DNA from: Acidobacteriota bacterium | GTDB lineage: Bacteria; Acidobacteriota; UBA890; WLXD01 | Assembly: GCA_965248695.1 (NCBI GenBank) | Contig: CBDFKD010000002.1 | Coordinates: 4,224,001-4,288,000 of the forward strand | DNA length: 64,000 nucleotides | Direction of reading: 5' to 3' | Shown here: positions 30,528-41,008 of the stretch, in pieces | Position numbering within the stretch: the stretch's first letter is position 1 | How the letters are laid out: every line of letters begins with the position of its first letter | Position numbers and translations under genes: made by a program | Notes under the pieces: model-generated | Database searches by the model: none | What the model was told of the DNA's origin: nothing | The model's input: the letters and a program-made list of their open reading frames with translations, nothing else

Positions 30528-32024
30528 CTAGCGACCGTCCCAGCGCCGCTTCCAGTCTTCGAGCTGACGCGCCGCCACCTCGCGTCCACCGAGGCCGAAG
30601 GCGAGTGCCATCGACAACGCGATGGCGCCGAGGACGATCCCAAAGGCGAGGTTGATGATGTCGCTGGCGAGGCCCATCTGATTCATTGCCATGGCGCCGG
30701 CCAGGCTGAGGATCGAGATGCGTGCCGCCAGCCCCAGCAGGTTGGCCTGCGGCGCGTCGCTCGACTGGATGACGCGCGCCGCCAGGGTCGCCAGGTACAT
30801 ACCGATGGCGAAGATCACCAGCCCGAGAGCCACCTGACTGCCGAACACCAGGAACTGCGCCACCAGGTCGGCGAGCACATCGAAGCCGAGCAACCGCGAC
30901 GCCTCGACGGACGCGAACAGGACGATCGCTACTTGCACCAGATAGCCGGCGATCTCCGACGCCGTCCGGTCACCTTCCTCAAGTGTGCGCCCGACGCCCA
31001 GCTGAGCGAGCAAATGGTCGAAGCCGACGCCGGTGAGCAAGTTGGTGATCAGCCCGGCGACGACGCGTCCGACAATGTAGGCGATGAACAGCAGCAGAGC
31101 GGCGGCGAACACCAGCGGGATCGCCTGCAATATGGCGTCCAGCATGTTGCTGGCGGGCTGGGTGATGGCGCGCAGCTGCAGGGCATCGAGGCCGGCAAGA
31201 AATACGGGGATCAGGATGAGAATGTAGACGATCAGCCCGACAACGCTCGACAGCTGCTGCTGACCGAGCAGTGTCCCGAGCCCGAGGTTCTCCCCGAGCT
31301 GATCTACACCGAGGGCGGCAAGGAGGTTGGAGACGATCTGCTGCAGGATACGGGCGATGAACCAGCCCACGGCTGCGATCAGTGCGGCGGCGAACAGGTT
31401 CGGCAGGAACCCGAGGACCCGGTCCATCATCGTCTGAACCGGGGCCAAGAGCCCTTGCAGGTTCAGCGTGTCGAGCACGGCCGGCAAGAAGAGCAGGAAG
31501 ATGAGCCAGTAAATCGAATCGCCGAGTGTCTTGGCGATCGAGATCTGGCGTGAGCTGTCGAGGGCCGCAGCCGAGCCCAGGCGTTCCTCGAAGTTCGAGG
31601 CCTGGAGGATGCGCGATACCGCCAGCCGTAGCACGGTGCCGATGATCCAGGCTGCTGTAAGCAGCGCCGCGGCGCCGGCGACCCGCGGCGCGAAGTCGAA
31701 GATCTCGCTCAGCAGCGCGTTCAACGGCTCGGTAACGATGGCCAGACCGAGCGTCCGCAGGAAGGCGACGAGGACGAACAGCAGTACGAGGTAGTAGACG
31801 AGCCGTGGAATCCAGCGCTCGAAGGTGTCGTGAGGCAGCGTGTCATCATCGCCCAGCCAGAGCGCCAGGCGATCGTCCAGCTGGGTACGTTTCATCATGC
31901 TGCGCACCACCGCAGCGAGCACGAACGCCAGCAGCCACCCCACTACCAGAACGGCGAGCGCGGCCAGCAGCGCCGGCAGGTTGCCGCCGAGCATGTCGGT
32001 CACCCGACTCCAGGCATCTTGCAC
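30528..32024 (-). CDS. TM-helix-repeat membrane protein (CmpX/mechanosensitive-channel-like)
   Basis: Repeated units (LPNLFAAALI..VGWFIAR..) and a C-terminal ALAFGLGGREVAARQLE; GAGGAGG RBS before GTG at 32024. Confidence 0.8.
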   Translation of the reverse strand: MQDAWSRVTDMLGGNLPALLAALAVLVVGWLLAFVLAAVVRSMMKRTQLDDRLALWLGDDDTLPHDTFERWIPRLVYYLVLLFVLVAFLRTLGLAIVTEPLNALLSEIFDFAPRVAGAAALLTAAWIIGTVLRLAVSRILQASNFEERLGSAAALDSSRQISIAKTLGDSIYWLIFLLFLPAVLDTLNLQGLLAPVQTMMDRVLGFLPNLFAAALIAAVGWFIARILQQIVSNLLAALGVDQLGENLGLGTLLGQQQLSSVVGLIVYILILIPVFLAGLDALQLRAITQPASNMLDAILQAIPLVFAAALLLFIAYIVGRVVAGLITNLLTGVGFDHLLAQLGVGRTLEEGDRTASEIAGYLVQVAIVLFASVEASRLLGFDVLADLVAQFLVFGSQVALGLVIFAIGMYLATLAARVIQSSDAPQANLLGLAARISILSLAGAMAMNQMGLASDIINLAFGIVLGAIALSMALAFGLGGREVAARQLEDWKRRWDGR

Positions 32025-32177
32025 AGTCCACCTCCTCGCGGCGCGGTGAGAAAGGGGACTGATGCGGCCCACCCCGCCCCCTAATCCGCAGTCGGGCGCA
32101 ATTGTAGCAGCGGCAACATAGAACGACAGAGGCGCGCGCCTATTGCACGGTGCAGGCTGTGTGGCTAGCGCACGGCC

Positions 32178-33080
32178 TTACCCCGAGCGCGGAAACAGCA
32201 GCTCCGGGACGTCGTGCAGAACGAGCTTGTAGAGCGCCGCGTCGAGGCCCAGATCGAGGAACTGCGCCAGGTTGTCGCCGAGGCTCGGCACCCCCGGTCC
32301 CGGCCAGTCGGTACCCCACAGGCATTTGTGCGCGATCCGATCGAGACCTGGCAGGTAGTGTGACAGGCGGCGTGGCGGGATGCCGGACAGATCGAGGTAC
32401 AGGTTCGGGTGACGTCGCGCCACGAAGACGGCCTGCTCGCACCAGAACGGCCGTCCGGCATGGGCGAGCACGAGCACCAGCTGCGGGAAATCGATGGCGA
32501 CGTCGTCACATTCGAGCGGGTCGCCGAAACGGCTGCGGGCACCGGCGAAGATCGAGGTGCCGGTGTGTACCATCACCGGCAGCCCGCGGGCGGCGCAACG
32601 CTCGTAGATGCCCGCCAGCGCCGGCAGGTGCTCGTCGCCGGCGCCTCGCCGGTAGGAGTTGGCGCGAAACTCCTGGTGCGGCGGGTGGATCTTCAGGCCA
32701 CGAATGCCGAGATCCAGCAGCTCGTCGACGGCGACGGCCGGATCGGCGGCAACGCTCGGGTCACGTGGGTCGAGGCCGCCAAAGGCCAGCAGACGCTCGG
32801 GTGCCTCCGCGCCGACACCTGCCACCCACGGATTGACGTCGTGGGTGAAGCCCATCAGCTCGGTCGCCACATAGTTGATCATGCCGATGCGATCGACGCC
32901 GGCCTCGTCCATGCAGGCCAACACGGCGCTGCTATCGAGCATCATCGCGGCCACTTGCTCGTAGTCGTCCCGACCCCGAGCCATCAGATCGCGGGTCTGC
33001 GGTAGCAGCTGCGCCCACGGTTGAATGTGGACGTGGATGTCGGTGATCGGGTAGTCGAGGTCGGCCGGCCGTGGGCTCAT
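32178..33080 (-). CDS. Amidohydrolase-2 family metal-dependent hydrolase
   Basis: DIHVH, GLKIHP, VMVHTG, LAHAGRP, WGTDWP. Confidence 0.88.
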   Translation of the reverse strand: MSPRPADLDYPITDIHVHIQPWAQLLPQTRDLMARGRDDYEQVAAMMLDSSAVLACMDEAGVDRIGMINYVATELMGFTHDVNPWVAGVGAEAPERLLAFGGLDPRDPSVAADPAVAVDELLDLGIRGLKIHPPHQEFRANSYRRGAGDEHLPALAGIYERCAARGLPVMVHTGTSIFAGARSRFGDPLECDDVAIDFPQLVLVLAHAGRPFWCEQAVFVARRHPNLYLDLSGIPPRRLSHYLPGLDRIAHKCLWGTDWPGPGVPSLGDNLAQFLDLGLDAALYKLVLHDVPELLFPRSG

Positions 33081-33264
33081 GGGCGCTCGGTGCGGCCGTA
33101 TCGTTGGCGAGCGCCAGCGACGATACCCTGGTGCATAATCTGGCTCCCGGCGCGTAGACAGGCCGAGCTTGTCGAGCCTGACGCGCGAAGTGGACGTTGT
33201 CTGATGCGTCTGGTTACGATGCCCGGGGCGCAGTTGCAAGCAAGGTGACGCCGGCACTGCCGGC

Positions 33265-35382
33265 TTGGACCGGCGGACGAGCGTGTCGACGAACCCCTAT
33301 CTCGAACCGGCGCCGGCCGACTTTGGTCGCCTCGAAGATCTCGATCACGCCGCGGCCGAGCGCCAGGCGGCGCTGCTGGCCGAAGCGATTCGCGCTCACG
33401 ACCATCAGTACTACGTGCTCGACGCGGCGACGATCTCCGACTCGCGCTACGACACCATGTTCGCCCGGTTGCTGGCGATCGAAGAGGCGTTTCCGGACTT
33501 GCGGTCGCCCGACTCGCCGTCGGGGCGCGTCGCGGGAGGCGTGCTGGAATCGCTTGCCGAGCTTGCCCACCTGGCGCCGATGCTGTCGCTGGACTCCAGT
33601 GCCGACGAGGACAAGGTGCGCGAGTTCGACCAACGCGTCGCCCGCAATCTCGATCTGGAGCGGGTCGCCTACGTCGCCGAGCCGAAGTTCGATGGCATTT
33701 CGATAGAGATCGTGTTCCGCGACGGGGTCTACGATCGCGCCGCCACCCGCGGCGACGGCGTTCGCGGAGAGGACGTGACCGAGAACGTTCGCACGATCCG
33801 CAGCCTGCCACTGCGGCTGCGCGACGATGACGGGCCGGTTCCGGAGCTGCTGTCGCTGCGTGGCGAGGTGTTGATGCCGCTGGCCGGGTTCCATGCGATG
33901 AATCGCGCCCGCATCGAGCGTGAGCAGGACCCGTTCGCCAACCCGCGCAACGCGGCCGCTGGCGCCATCCGGCAGCTGGAGACTGCCGCCGCCGCGTCGC
34001 GACCGCTGGACGTGTTCTTCTACGACGTGCTGGCAATCGAGGGGACGTCGTTGCCGACAACACACTGGGAGACGCTAGCGTGGATGCGTCGGCTGGGGCT
34101 CAAGGTCAGCCGCCGGGCGCGGCGGTGCGCCGACATCGCGGAGGCGATCGCGGTTCACGATGAGCTCGAGGCAACGCGCGACGAGCTGCCCTATGAGATC
34201 GACGGCGTCGTGATCAAGGTGGATCGCCGTGACCATCAGCAGGAGCTCGGTGCCAGGTCTCGCACGCCACGCTGGGCGTTCGCCCACAAGTTCGTGCCGC
34301 ACGAGGAGGTCACACGAGTCGAGGACATCGCGCTGCAGGTAGGTCGCACCGGGATCATTGCGCCGGTGGCGCTGCTGGCGCCGGTCGAGGTCGGCGGCGT
34401 GACGATCTCGCGCGCCTCGCTGCACAACTACGATCAGGTGCGCGCCAAGGACGTCCGCGTCGGCGACAGCGTGCGCGTACACCGCGCCGGGGACGTGATC
34501 CCATATGTCGTCGAGCGCGTCGATGATCGCAGCGACGACGAGCGTGCGGCACCGTTCGATATGCCTGGGGCGTGCCCGGTTTGTGGATCCCGCGTCGAGC
34601 GCGATGGCGCTTATTTCGTCTGTACGGGCGGCAGCACCTGCGCCGCTCAGCTCAATGGAGCGATCGAGCACTGGGCCAGCCGTCACGCCCTCGACATCGA
34701 GGGTCTGGGGTCGAAGACGGTGCGACAGCTGACCGACGCTGATCTGGTGAGCGGCTCGGTGGCGGATCTCTATCGGCTGACCACCGACCAGCTCTTGCCG
34801 CTGGAGCTGTTTGGCGAGCTCAAGGCCGACAACCTGATTGCTGCCATCGACGCCAGCCGTGATACGACGCTGTCGCGCTTTGTTTACGCGCTCGGGATCC
34901 GGCACGTCGGAGAGCATGTGGCCGAGGTGCTGGCGCGCGAATTCGGCGACCTCATGGCGCTCGTGGAGGCCGACCAGGAGCGCCTGTTACGGGTGCATGA
35001 GGTCGGTCCCCAGGTGGCCCACAACGTGCGCGAGTTCTTCGACGAGCCACGCAACCGGCGGGTGATCGAGGAGCTACTCGAGCTCGGTGTTCTGCCGGTG
35101 GCGGAGGAACGCGGCGAAGCCGTCTTCGAAGGCGAGAAGTTCGTTCTGACGGGCACCTTGACGACCATCAGCAGAGCCGATGCGACGGCCCTGCTCGAGC
35201 GATCCGGCGCCCGGGTCACTTCGTCGGTAAGCTCCAAGACAGACTATGTAGTGGTGGGCGACAATCCCGGCTCCAAGGCCGACAAGGCAGCGACGCTGGG
35301 TGTGACGATTCTCGAGGAACAGGAGCTGTTGAAGATGCTGCGTGCACGCGACGTCATCGCGGGGGAAACAGACGATGGGTAA
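33265..35382 (+). CDS. ligA: NAD-dependent DNA ligase (start may be GTG at 33283)
   Basis: EPKFDG, TRGDG, FANPRNAAAG, DGVVIK, Zn finger CPVCGS, C-terminal BRCT. Confidence 0.97.
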   Translation: MDRRTSVSTNPYLEPAPADFGRLEDLDHAAAERQAALLAEAIRAHDHQYYVLDAATISDSRYDTMFARLLAIEEAFPDLRSPDSPSGRVAGGVLESLAELAHLAPMLSLDSSADEDKVREFDQRVARNLDLERVAYVAEPKFDGISIEIVFRDGVYDRAATRGDGVRGEDVTENVRTIRSLPLRLRDDDGPVPELLSLRGEVLMPLAGFHAMNRARIEREQDPFANPRNAAAGAIRQLETAAAASRPLDVFFYDVLAIEGTSLPTTHWETLAWMRRLGLKVSRRARRCADIAEAIAVHDELEATRDELPYEIDGVVIKVDRRDHQQELGARSRTPRWAFAHKFVPHEEVTRVEDIALQVGRTGIIAPVALLAPVEVGGVTISRASLHNYDQVRAKDVRVGDSVRVHRAGDVIPYVVERVDDRSDDERAAPFDMPGACPVCGSRVERDGAYFVCTGGSTCAAQLNGAIEHWASRHALDIEGLGSKTVRQLTDADLVSGSVADLYRLTTDQLLPLELFGELKADNLIAAIDASRDTTLSRFVYALGIRHVGEHVAEVLAREFGDLMALVEADQERLLRVHEVGPQVAHNVREFFDEPRNRRVIEELLELGVLPVAEERGEAVFEGEKFVLTGTLTTISRADATALLERSGARVTSSVSSKTDYVVVGDNPGSKADKAATLGVTILEEQELLKMLRARDVIAGETDDG

Positions 35383-35695
35383 GTTGCCGGGGTTTTACAC
35401 ACGATTCATCGAGCAATATCCAGACGTCGGGCGCTCGTACAAGGCGCTGGGGGCGGCCTGCATGGATGCGGGGCCGCTCGACGCCAAGACCGCCGAGCTC
35501 GTGAAGCTGGGCATCTCGATCGGTGCCGGCCTGTCCGGGGCGACGCACTCGCACACCCGCAAGGCGCTCGCGGCAGGGGCGACCGATGACGAGCTCGTGC
35601 ACGCGGTGCTCATGGCAACGACGACGCTGGGGTTTCCGAGCATGATGCGGGGCCTCGCGTGGGTCCGTGATGTGCTCGACGGCGATCGCGCGTGA
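35375..35695 (+). CDS. Carboxymuconolactone decarboxylase (AhpD-like) family protein
   Basis: GPLDAKTAELVKLGISIG, HSHTRKALAAGAT, TTLGFP. Confidence 0.85.
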   Translation: MGKLPGFYTRFIEQYPDVGRSYKALGAACMDAGPLDAKTAELVKLGISIGAGLSGATHSHTRKALAAGATDDELVHAVLMATTTLGFPSMMRGLAWVRDVLDGDRA

Positions 35696-36030
35696 CGCTC
35701 GAGGTCGGTGTCTACGAGGTTGACGGCGGCGAGACCTACCAGCTGCGGCTCGTGCAGGCGCTCGATAGCGATCCGATGGTGGAGCCGGCGTACTATCTGT
35801 TCAGTGTCGAGAGCGCTGTCACCGGCTTTGAGGTCGACGTTTGCGTGGCGCCGATCTGCTACCACCTCGCGTCATATGAGCAGCGTTCGGACATGGTGCA
35901 GGTAGCACGCGATCTGGTCTGCCAGCTGCTGGAAACGGGTGTGGACGCTCCATGCTCGGTTCGTGTCGGCAGCGATGGCGCCGCGAGCGTCGATGGAGAG
36001 GCGTTCGGTCGCGTGTTTCCGCTGCGCTAA
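35692..36030 (+). CDS. Hypothetical acidic protein
   Basis: GTGA overlap with the upstream stop; fills the gap in the operon; no recognisable motif. Confidence 0.6.
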   Translation: MTLEVGVYEVDGGETYQLRLVQALDSDPMVEPAYYLFSVESAVTGFEVDVCVAPICYHLASYEQRSDMVQVARDLVCQLLETGVDAPCSVRVGSDGAASVDGEAFGRVFPLR

Positions 36031-36043
36031 ACGGAGGATCGCG

Positions 36044-36766
36044 GTGGGCACGCTTCGTGAGCAGGTGCTGGTGACCTGTGAGCACGCCTCGAAACGTCTG
36101 CCCCCAGGATACGAGCTCGACCGGCGAGTCTGTGATCTGCACATTGCATGGGATCCGGGTGCACAGACCATCGCCGAACGTATCGCCGAGCGTCTGCGGG
36201 CGCCTCTGTGGTGCGGCGAGTTCTCACGCCTGATCGTCGACCTGAACCGCTCGATCGACAACCGGATGCTCATCCGACGGGTCTCCGACGGCCATCGGGT
36301 GCCCTTCAACTATGGCCTCAGCGCCGCCGACCGTGAAGCTCGGATCGAGCGGTACTATCGACCCTACCGGGACGGAGTTGCGGCTGCCGCCGAGCAGATC
36401 ATCATCCGGCACGGGCGCTGTGTGCAGGTGTGCGTCCACACCTTCACGCCGTCGCTGGCAGGCAAGGCGCGCGGCAATGATATCGGGTTGTTGCACGATC
36501 CTGACTGGGGCATCGAGCGTCCGGTGTGTGACGAGATCAAGTCGAGATTCGAGCGTCTGACGGACCTCGTCGTCTGGCACAACCGTCCCTACAGCGGGAC
36601 CGCCGACGGGATCTTGCCGGCGATGCGGCGAGCGAGCTCGCCGGAGCGTTTCGTCGGTATCGAGCTCGAGATCAACCAGAAGCATGCCGACAACCCGGTG
36701 CTCCTGTGTCGAATCGCCGATCTCGTGGTCGACACGTTGGAGGACTCGGCGGCCCTCGGAGTTTGA
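36044..36766 (+). CDS. N-formylglutamate amidohydrolase family protein
   Basis: VTCEHAS, HIAWDPGA, FSRLIVDLNRS, VHTFTP, NRPYSG, IELEINQ; GGAGG RBS. Confidence 0.88.
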   Translation: MGTLREQVLVTCEHASKRLPPGYELDRRVCDLHIAWDPGAQTIAERIAERLRAPLWCGEFSRLIVDLNRSIDNRMLIRRVSDGHRVPFNYGLSAADREARIERYYRPYRDGVAAAAEQIIIRHGRCVQVCVHTFTPSLAGKARGNDIGLLHDPDWGIERPVCDEIKSRFERLTDLVVWHNRPYSGTADGILPAMRRASSPERFVGIELEINQKHADNPVLLCRIADLVVDTLEDSAALGV

Positions 36767-36782
36767 CTGCTAAGATCACCGC

Positions 36783-37358
36783 ATGGTCGAACTGGCATGG
36801 CAGCTGATGATGGGCGTTGGCCTGGCGGCCTCCGCCGGCCTTCGTGCCTTCCTGCCGTTGCTGGTCGTGGGGCTGGCGGGTCGCCTCGAAGTGGTCCCAC
36901 TCAGCGCCCGCTTCGAATGGATGGCGTCGACCGCCGCGCTGACCGTGTTTGCGCTCGCCGTGATTGCCGAGGTTCTGGGTGACAAGCTCCCCGCGGTTGA
37001 TCATCTGCTCGACGTGGCCGGTACCTTCGCCCGCCCAGTTGCCGGCGCCATCGCCGCCGCGTCATCCCTGACCGCGCTCGATCCGCTTACCGGACTGGTC
37101 ATCGGCGTGATCCTCGGCGGCTCGGTGGCCGGAGGAGTACACGCCGCCAAGGCGGGAGCGCGACTGGTCTCCAGTGGCTCCACAGCCGGGATCGGCAACC
37201 CGGTGCTCAGCGTCGCCGAGGACGTCGTCAGCCTGGGGGGCTCGGTGCTGTCGATCTTCATACCGGTGCTGACCTTCACGGTCGCGATCGGCCTGCTGTA
37301 CTTGCTCTATCGTGCCTTCGGCGGCTCGCGCACCTCGAAGATCGGCGCCGCCACCTAG
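36783..37358 (+). CDS. DUF4126 membrane protein
   Basis: GLAASAGLRAFLPLL, EVLGDKLPAVDHLLD, NPVLSVAED. Confidence 0.85.
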   Translation: MVELAWQLMMGVGLAASAGLRAFLPLLVVGLAGRLEVVPLSARFEWMASTAALTVFALAVIAEVLGDKLPAVDHLLDVAGTFARPVAGAIAAASSLTALDPLTGLVIGVILGGSVAGGVHAAKAGARLVSSGSTAGIGNPVLSVAEDVVSLGGSVLSIFIPVLTFTVAIGLLYLLYRAFGGSRTSKIGAAT

Positions 37359-38746
37359 CCGAGGCGTAGCACCTTCCCGGGGTTCATGAGGTTGAGCGGG
37401 TCGAGGGCGCGCTTGATGGCCCGCATCGCGTCGACGGCGGGTCCGTGCTCGCGCTCGACCAGGTCGATCTTGCCGGTGCCGACGCCGTGTTCGCCGGTGC
37501 AGGTGCCACCCATGTCGATGGCGCGCTCCGCGAGCCGGGTAACGAACGCCTTCGCTGCCGCGACGTCGGCTTCGTCGTGCGGATCACACATGACCTGGCA
37601 GTGAAAGTTGCCGTCGCCGATGTGCCCCACCAGTGGGACGAAAAGCTCGTTCTGCTCGATGTCGGAAAGGGTTTGCTCGATGCACTCGTTGAGTCGGGAA
37701 AGGGGCACGCAGGCGTCGGTGATCATGCTGCTCTTGCCTGGCGAGAGCGCAATGCCGGCGTAGTAGGCGTCGTGGCGCGCCTTCCACAGACGGTTGCGAT
37801 CCTCGGTTTGAGTCGCGCGGCGTATCTCGGACCCGCCGTTACGGGCGCAGATCTCGCTCACCAGGCGGTCCTGCTCTGCTATCGACTCCGGCGTGCCGTG
37901 GAACTCGAAGAACAGGGTCGGCTTGTGGTCGTATTCGTCGAGACCGGAGTGCAGCGCGAAGCCCTTCATGGCGACCTCGTCGACAAGCTCGCTGCGGGCC
38001 AGGTCGACGCCGATTTGGATTGCCTCGATCACCGTGTCCACGGCATCGCTGATGCGATCGAACTGGCAAACTGCGGCGGCGATGGCTTCCGGGATGCCGC
38101 GCAGGCGCAGCTGTACCTCGGTGATGATTCCGAGCGTACCCTCGGAGCCGATCATCAGGCGTGTGAGGTCGTAACCGGCTGAGGATTTCCGCGCCCGCCC
38201 GCCGGTGCGTACGACGGTACCGTCGGCGAGCACGACGGTGAGCCCGAGGACATTCTCGCGCATCGCACCGTACCGAACAGTGGTGGTTCCGGAGGCGCCG
38301 GTGGCGGTCATGCCGCCGAGCGTCGCATCGGCGCCCGGGTCCACCGGGAAGAACACGCCCATCGGCCGCACATGAGCATCGAGCTGTTCGCGGGTCACCC
38401 CCGCTTGAACGCGGCAATCGAGCGCTTGCTGGCTCACATGCAGGATCCGGTTCATGCGCGTCGTGTCGACGGACACGCCTCGCTCCGAGGGCACCACGTG
38501 GCCTTCCAGCGAGCTGCCGGCTCCGAACGGCACGATCGGAGTGCGATGCCGAGCGCAGATGGCGACGATGGCCGCCACCTCCTCGGTACTCTCCGGGAAG
38601 CACACGCCGGCGGGAAGCACCGGCCGGTCCCAACCTTCACCGTGTGAGTGGTGGCTGCGGACGGACTCGGCGGTGGTGAAGCGGTCGCCGAGGCTCGTGC
38701 TCAACTCGTTGGCGACGGCGTCGTCCATCGTCGGGGGCTGCTCCAT
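37355..38746 (-). CDS. FAD-linked oxidase, D-lactate dehydrogenase/GlcD family
   Basis: PFGAGSSLEGH, GYDLTRLMIGSEGTLG, GHIGDGNFH, GEHGVG, DPLNLMNPGK. Confidence 0.92.
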   Translation of the reverse strand: MEQPPTMDDAVANELSTSLGDRFTTAESVRSHHSHGEGWDRPVLPAGVCFPESTEEVAAIVAICARHRTPIVPFGAGSSLEGHVVPSERGVSVDTTRMNRILHVSQQALDCRVQAGVTREQLDAHVRPMGVFFPVDPGADATLGGMTATGASGTTTVRYGAMRENVLGLTVVLADGTVVRTGGRARKSSAGYDLTRLMIGSEGTLGIITEVQLRLRGIPEAIAAAVCQFDRISDAVDTVIEAIQIGVDLARSELVDEVAMKGFALHSGLDEYDHKPTLFFEFHGTPESIAEQDRLVSEICARNGGSEIRRATQTEDRNRLWKARHDAYYAGIALSPGKSSMITDACVPLSRLNECIEQTLSDIEQNELFVPLVGHIGDGNFHCQVMCDPHDEADVAAAKAFVTRLAERAIDMGGTCTGEHGVGTGKIDLVEREHGPAVDAMRAIKRALDPLNLMNPGKVLRLG

Positions 38747-38765
38747 GACCGGCCGATGCGGGCCG

Positions 38766-40205
38766 CTAGCGTCGCCGCCGCGGCGGGGTGAGGTCTGGCG
38801 CGGTGCCGGGGAAGGCCACCACGCTCTCGTTGCCATCGCGGCCCACCGCGGCAACGCCGAACAGAAAATTGTCGATCACCAGTCCGTCGAGAGTGAACTC
38901 GCGACAGCTGTCGCCCACGGGCGAGTCGAAGCCGCAGGTGTTGCCTGCCCCGACCCAGCGCGACTTCTGCCATTGTGGCGCCGTGGTCTCGCGCCAGTAC
39001 ACCTTGTAGCCGGCCACCAGCGGCGAGTCGACGCGCAGCCAGCGCAACGTCGCGGCCGGACGTACGGCGCCGGCGATCGCGACCTCGGCCGGTTGCGGCG
39101 GCGCCCAGGCCAGCGCCGCCAGCGCGGCCACGTTCACCGCCGTGAGCTTGCGGGCGTAGTCGAAGTTCACGCCCTCGATGACGTCGCCGTAGTGGATACC
39201 GTCCTCGATGCGCAGGTCCTGGTGCTGGCGCGTGTAGTTCTCGTGCGTCTCCATGATGCGCACGCCGGCGAATCCCGCGTCGTTGAACGGACGATGATGG
39301 CCGCCGCGTCCGAACCGGTCGAGCCGATAGATCATGATTGCGCGGAGGTTGGTCATGTACAGGTCGGTGATGCGCGCAACATGACGGGCGAGCTGTCGCG
39401 AAACACCGTCGATCTCGCCGCCGGTCGTACGGCGACGCCGGCGAGCCTCCTCCGACTCGGTAACCGGCGTTGGCTCGGAGAACACCCGGAACGTGTCGTT
39501 GGAGACGACCCCGTCGACGCCCTCGATGTTGCCGATCATGTCGTTGTTGAGGATCCCGGCGATGTCCCAGCCCTCGTCACGGGCCACGGCGGCCATGTGG
39601 CGTCCTCCGAACAGCCCCTGTTCCTCTCCCGACAGCCCCACCAGGATGATGCTCGAGCCGTACCGATGCCGCGACAGCACTCGCGCCGCCTCCATCGTGC
39701 CGGCCATTCCGGAGGCGTTGTCGTTGGCGCCGGGCGAGTCGCTGGTGGCGTCGAGGCCGTCGGACACACGCGAGTCGATATCGCCGCTCATGATCACGTA
39801 GCGATTCGGGTGCTCCGTGCCGCGCAGGACTCCCAGCACGTTGACGATCTCGACGTCGTCGCGAATGCGTGCGTCCGGGTCGCCCTTCTGTACGTAGCGC
39901 TGAAAGCTCACTTCCAGGCACCCGTTGCACTGCTCGGAGATGTTGTCGAGCTCCGCTTTGATCCAGCGTCGTGCCGCTCCGATGCCGCGTGTCGACGACT
40001 CTGTCTCCGACAGCGTGTGGCGAGTGCCGAAGCCGACCAGCCGCCTGATATCGGTCTCGATACGGTCCGCCGAGACCCCGTCAACGAGCTCGTAGATGCG
40101 CGGATCGACCGCCGGCGGCGGCGAGTCGACTCCCTGGGAACGTGCTCCCGCGGGGATGAGCAGGCCAGCAACGAGCACGAGGGAAAGCAGCGGCGTACGA
40201 CGCAT
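38766..40205 (-). CDS. Secreted M28-family metallopeptidase with C-terminal FN3-like domain
   Basis: Signal peptide; GANDNASG, GEEQGLFG, NNDMIG, GRGGHH. Confidence 0.9.
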   Translation of the reverse strand: MRRTPLLSLVLVAGLLIPAGARSQGVDSPPPAVDPRIYELVDGVSADRIETDIRRLVGFGTRHTLSETESSTRGIGAARRWIKAELDNISEQCNGCLEVSFQRYVQKGDPDARIRDDVEIVNVLGVLRGTEHPNRYVIMSGDIDSRVSDGLDATSDSPGANDNASGMAGTMEAARVLSRHRYGSSIILVGLSGEEQGLFGGRHMAAVARDEGWDIAGILNNDMIGNIEGVDGVVSNDTFRVFSEPTPVTESEEARRRRRTTGGEIDGVSRQLARHVARITDLYMTNLRAIMIYRLDRFGRGGHHRPFNDAGFAGVRIMETHENYTRQHQDLRIEDGIHYGDVIEGVNFDYARKLTAVNVAALAALAWAPPQPAEVAIAGAVRPAATLRWLRVDSPLVAGYKVYWRETTAPQWQKSRWVGAGNTCGFDSPVGDSCREFTLDGLVIDNFLFGVAAVGRDGNESVVAFPGTAPDLTPPRRRR

Positions 40206-40340
40206 CGAGTCCTCTGTCGGTTGCGGAGCGCGGCGAGCCTGCCGGCTACTTTAGCTGATGGGCATGACAGGTGGGGTTGGATCCGAGACAATGATCCTTG
40301 TTGGGGGGCTCAGGTCACGAGTGACTAAGTTTGGGGGTGG

Positions 40341-40955
40341 GTGATGGGCTCTGCGCGCGCAACAAACGTCCTGGCCGTGTTGACGACGACGGTGTTGCTG
40401 GCGGCCCTTGCGGCCCCCGCCACGGCGAATGCCCAAGAGGTGGCGTTGACGGTGGGTCGCGTCGTCGGCGACGACGTGCTCGATGCGGTCGGTGACGTCG
40501 CCGGTCTGGGCTTCGGCGATGCCGGGATTTACGGAATCCGCGTCGGAATTGGAGCGATCCTCCTACAGGCCGAGGGGGCGATTCTCCGGAGCCCTATCGA
40601 CCTTTTCGTCGACACCCCCGGGCTGATTGGTTCCAGCATCACCTACGCTGAGATCGGTCTGGTCGTGAAGGTGGTGCCCGGCCCGATTGGCCCCTTCCTG
40701 GCGGGCGGCATCGGTCATCACCGCATTTCGTTTGACCTCGTGGATGCCGATACCTACACCACGATCGGCTACAACGTCGGCGTTGGGGTGAAGTTCGGGC
40801 TTGGGTCGGTCGGGCTACGAATGGACGTGCGCGACCACATCACGCCGCTCAAGATCGACAGCCTGGATCCGGACGTGCTGCCGTTGATCGGGTTGACGGA
40901 AGACAAGACGGTGCACAACTTCGAGATGTCGGTGGGGCTGGTGCTGAGCTTCTGA
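40341..40955 (+). CDS. Small outer-membrane beta-barrel protein
   Basis: Signal peptide ending ANAQ; amphipathic strands (YNVGVGVKF, LRMDVRD); terminal Phe. Confidence 0.75.
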   Translation: MMGSARATNVLAVLTTTVLLAALAAPATANAQEVALTVGRVVGDDVLDAVGDVAGLGFGDAGIYGIRVGIGAILLQAEGAILRSPIDLFVDTPGLIGSSITYAEIGLVVKVVPGPIGPFLAGGIGHHRISFDLVDADTYTTIGYNVGVGVKFGLGSVGLRMDVRDHITPLKIDSLDPDVLPLIGLTEDKTVHNFEMSVGLVLSF

Positions 40956-41008
40956 ATAGCACTATATTCGGCAGTTCCGATCGACACCCTTGTGAGGACG
41001 GACTGCCC

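Noticed and set aside
38454-40328. 624-aa plus-strand ORF
   Set aside because: Antisense shadow of the M28 peptidase; no motifs; a typical high-GC artefact.
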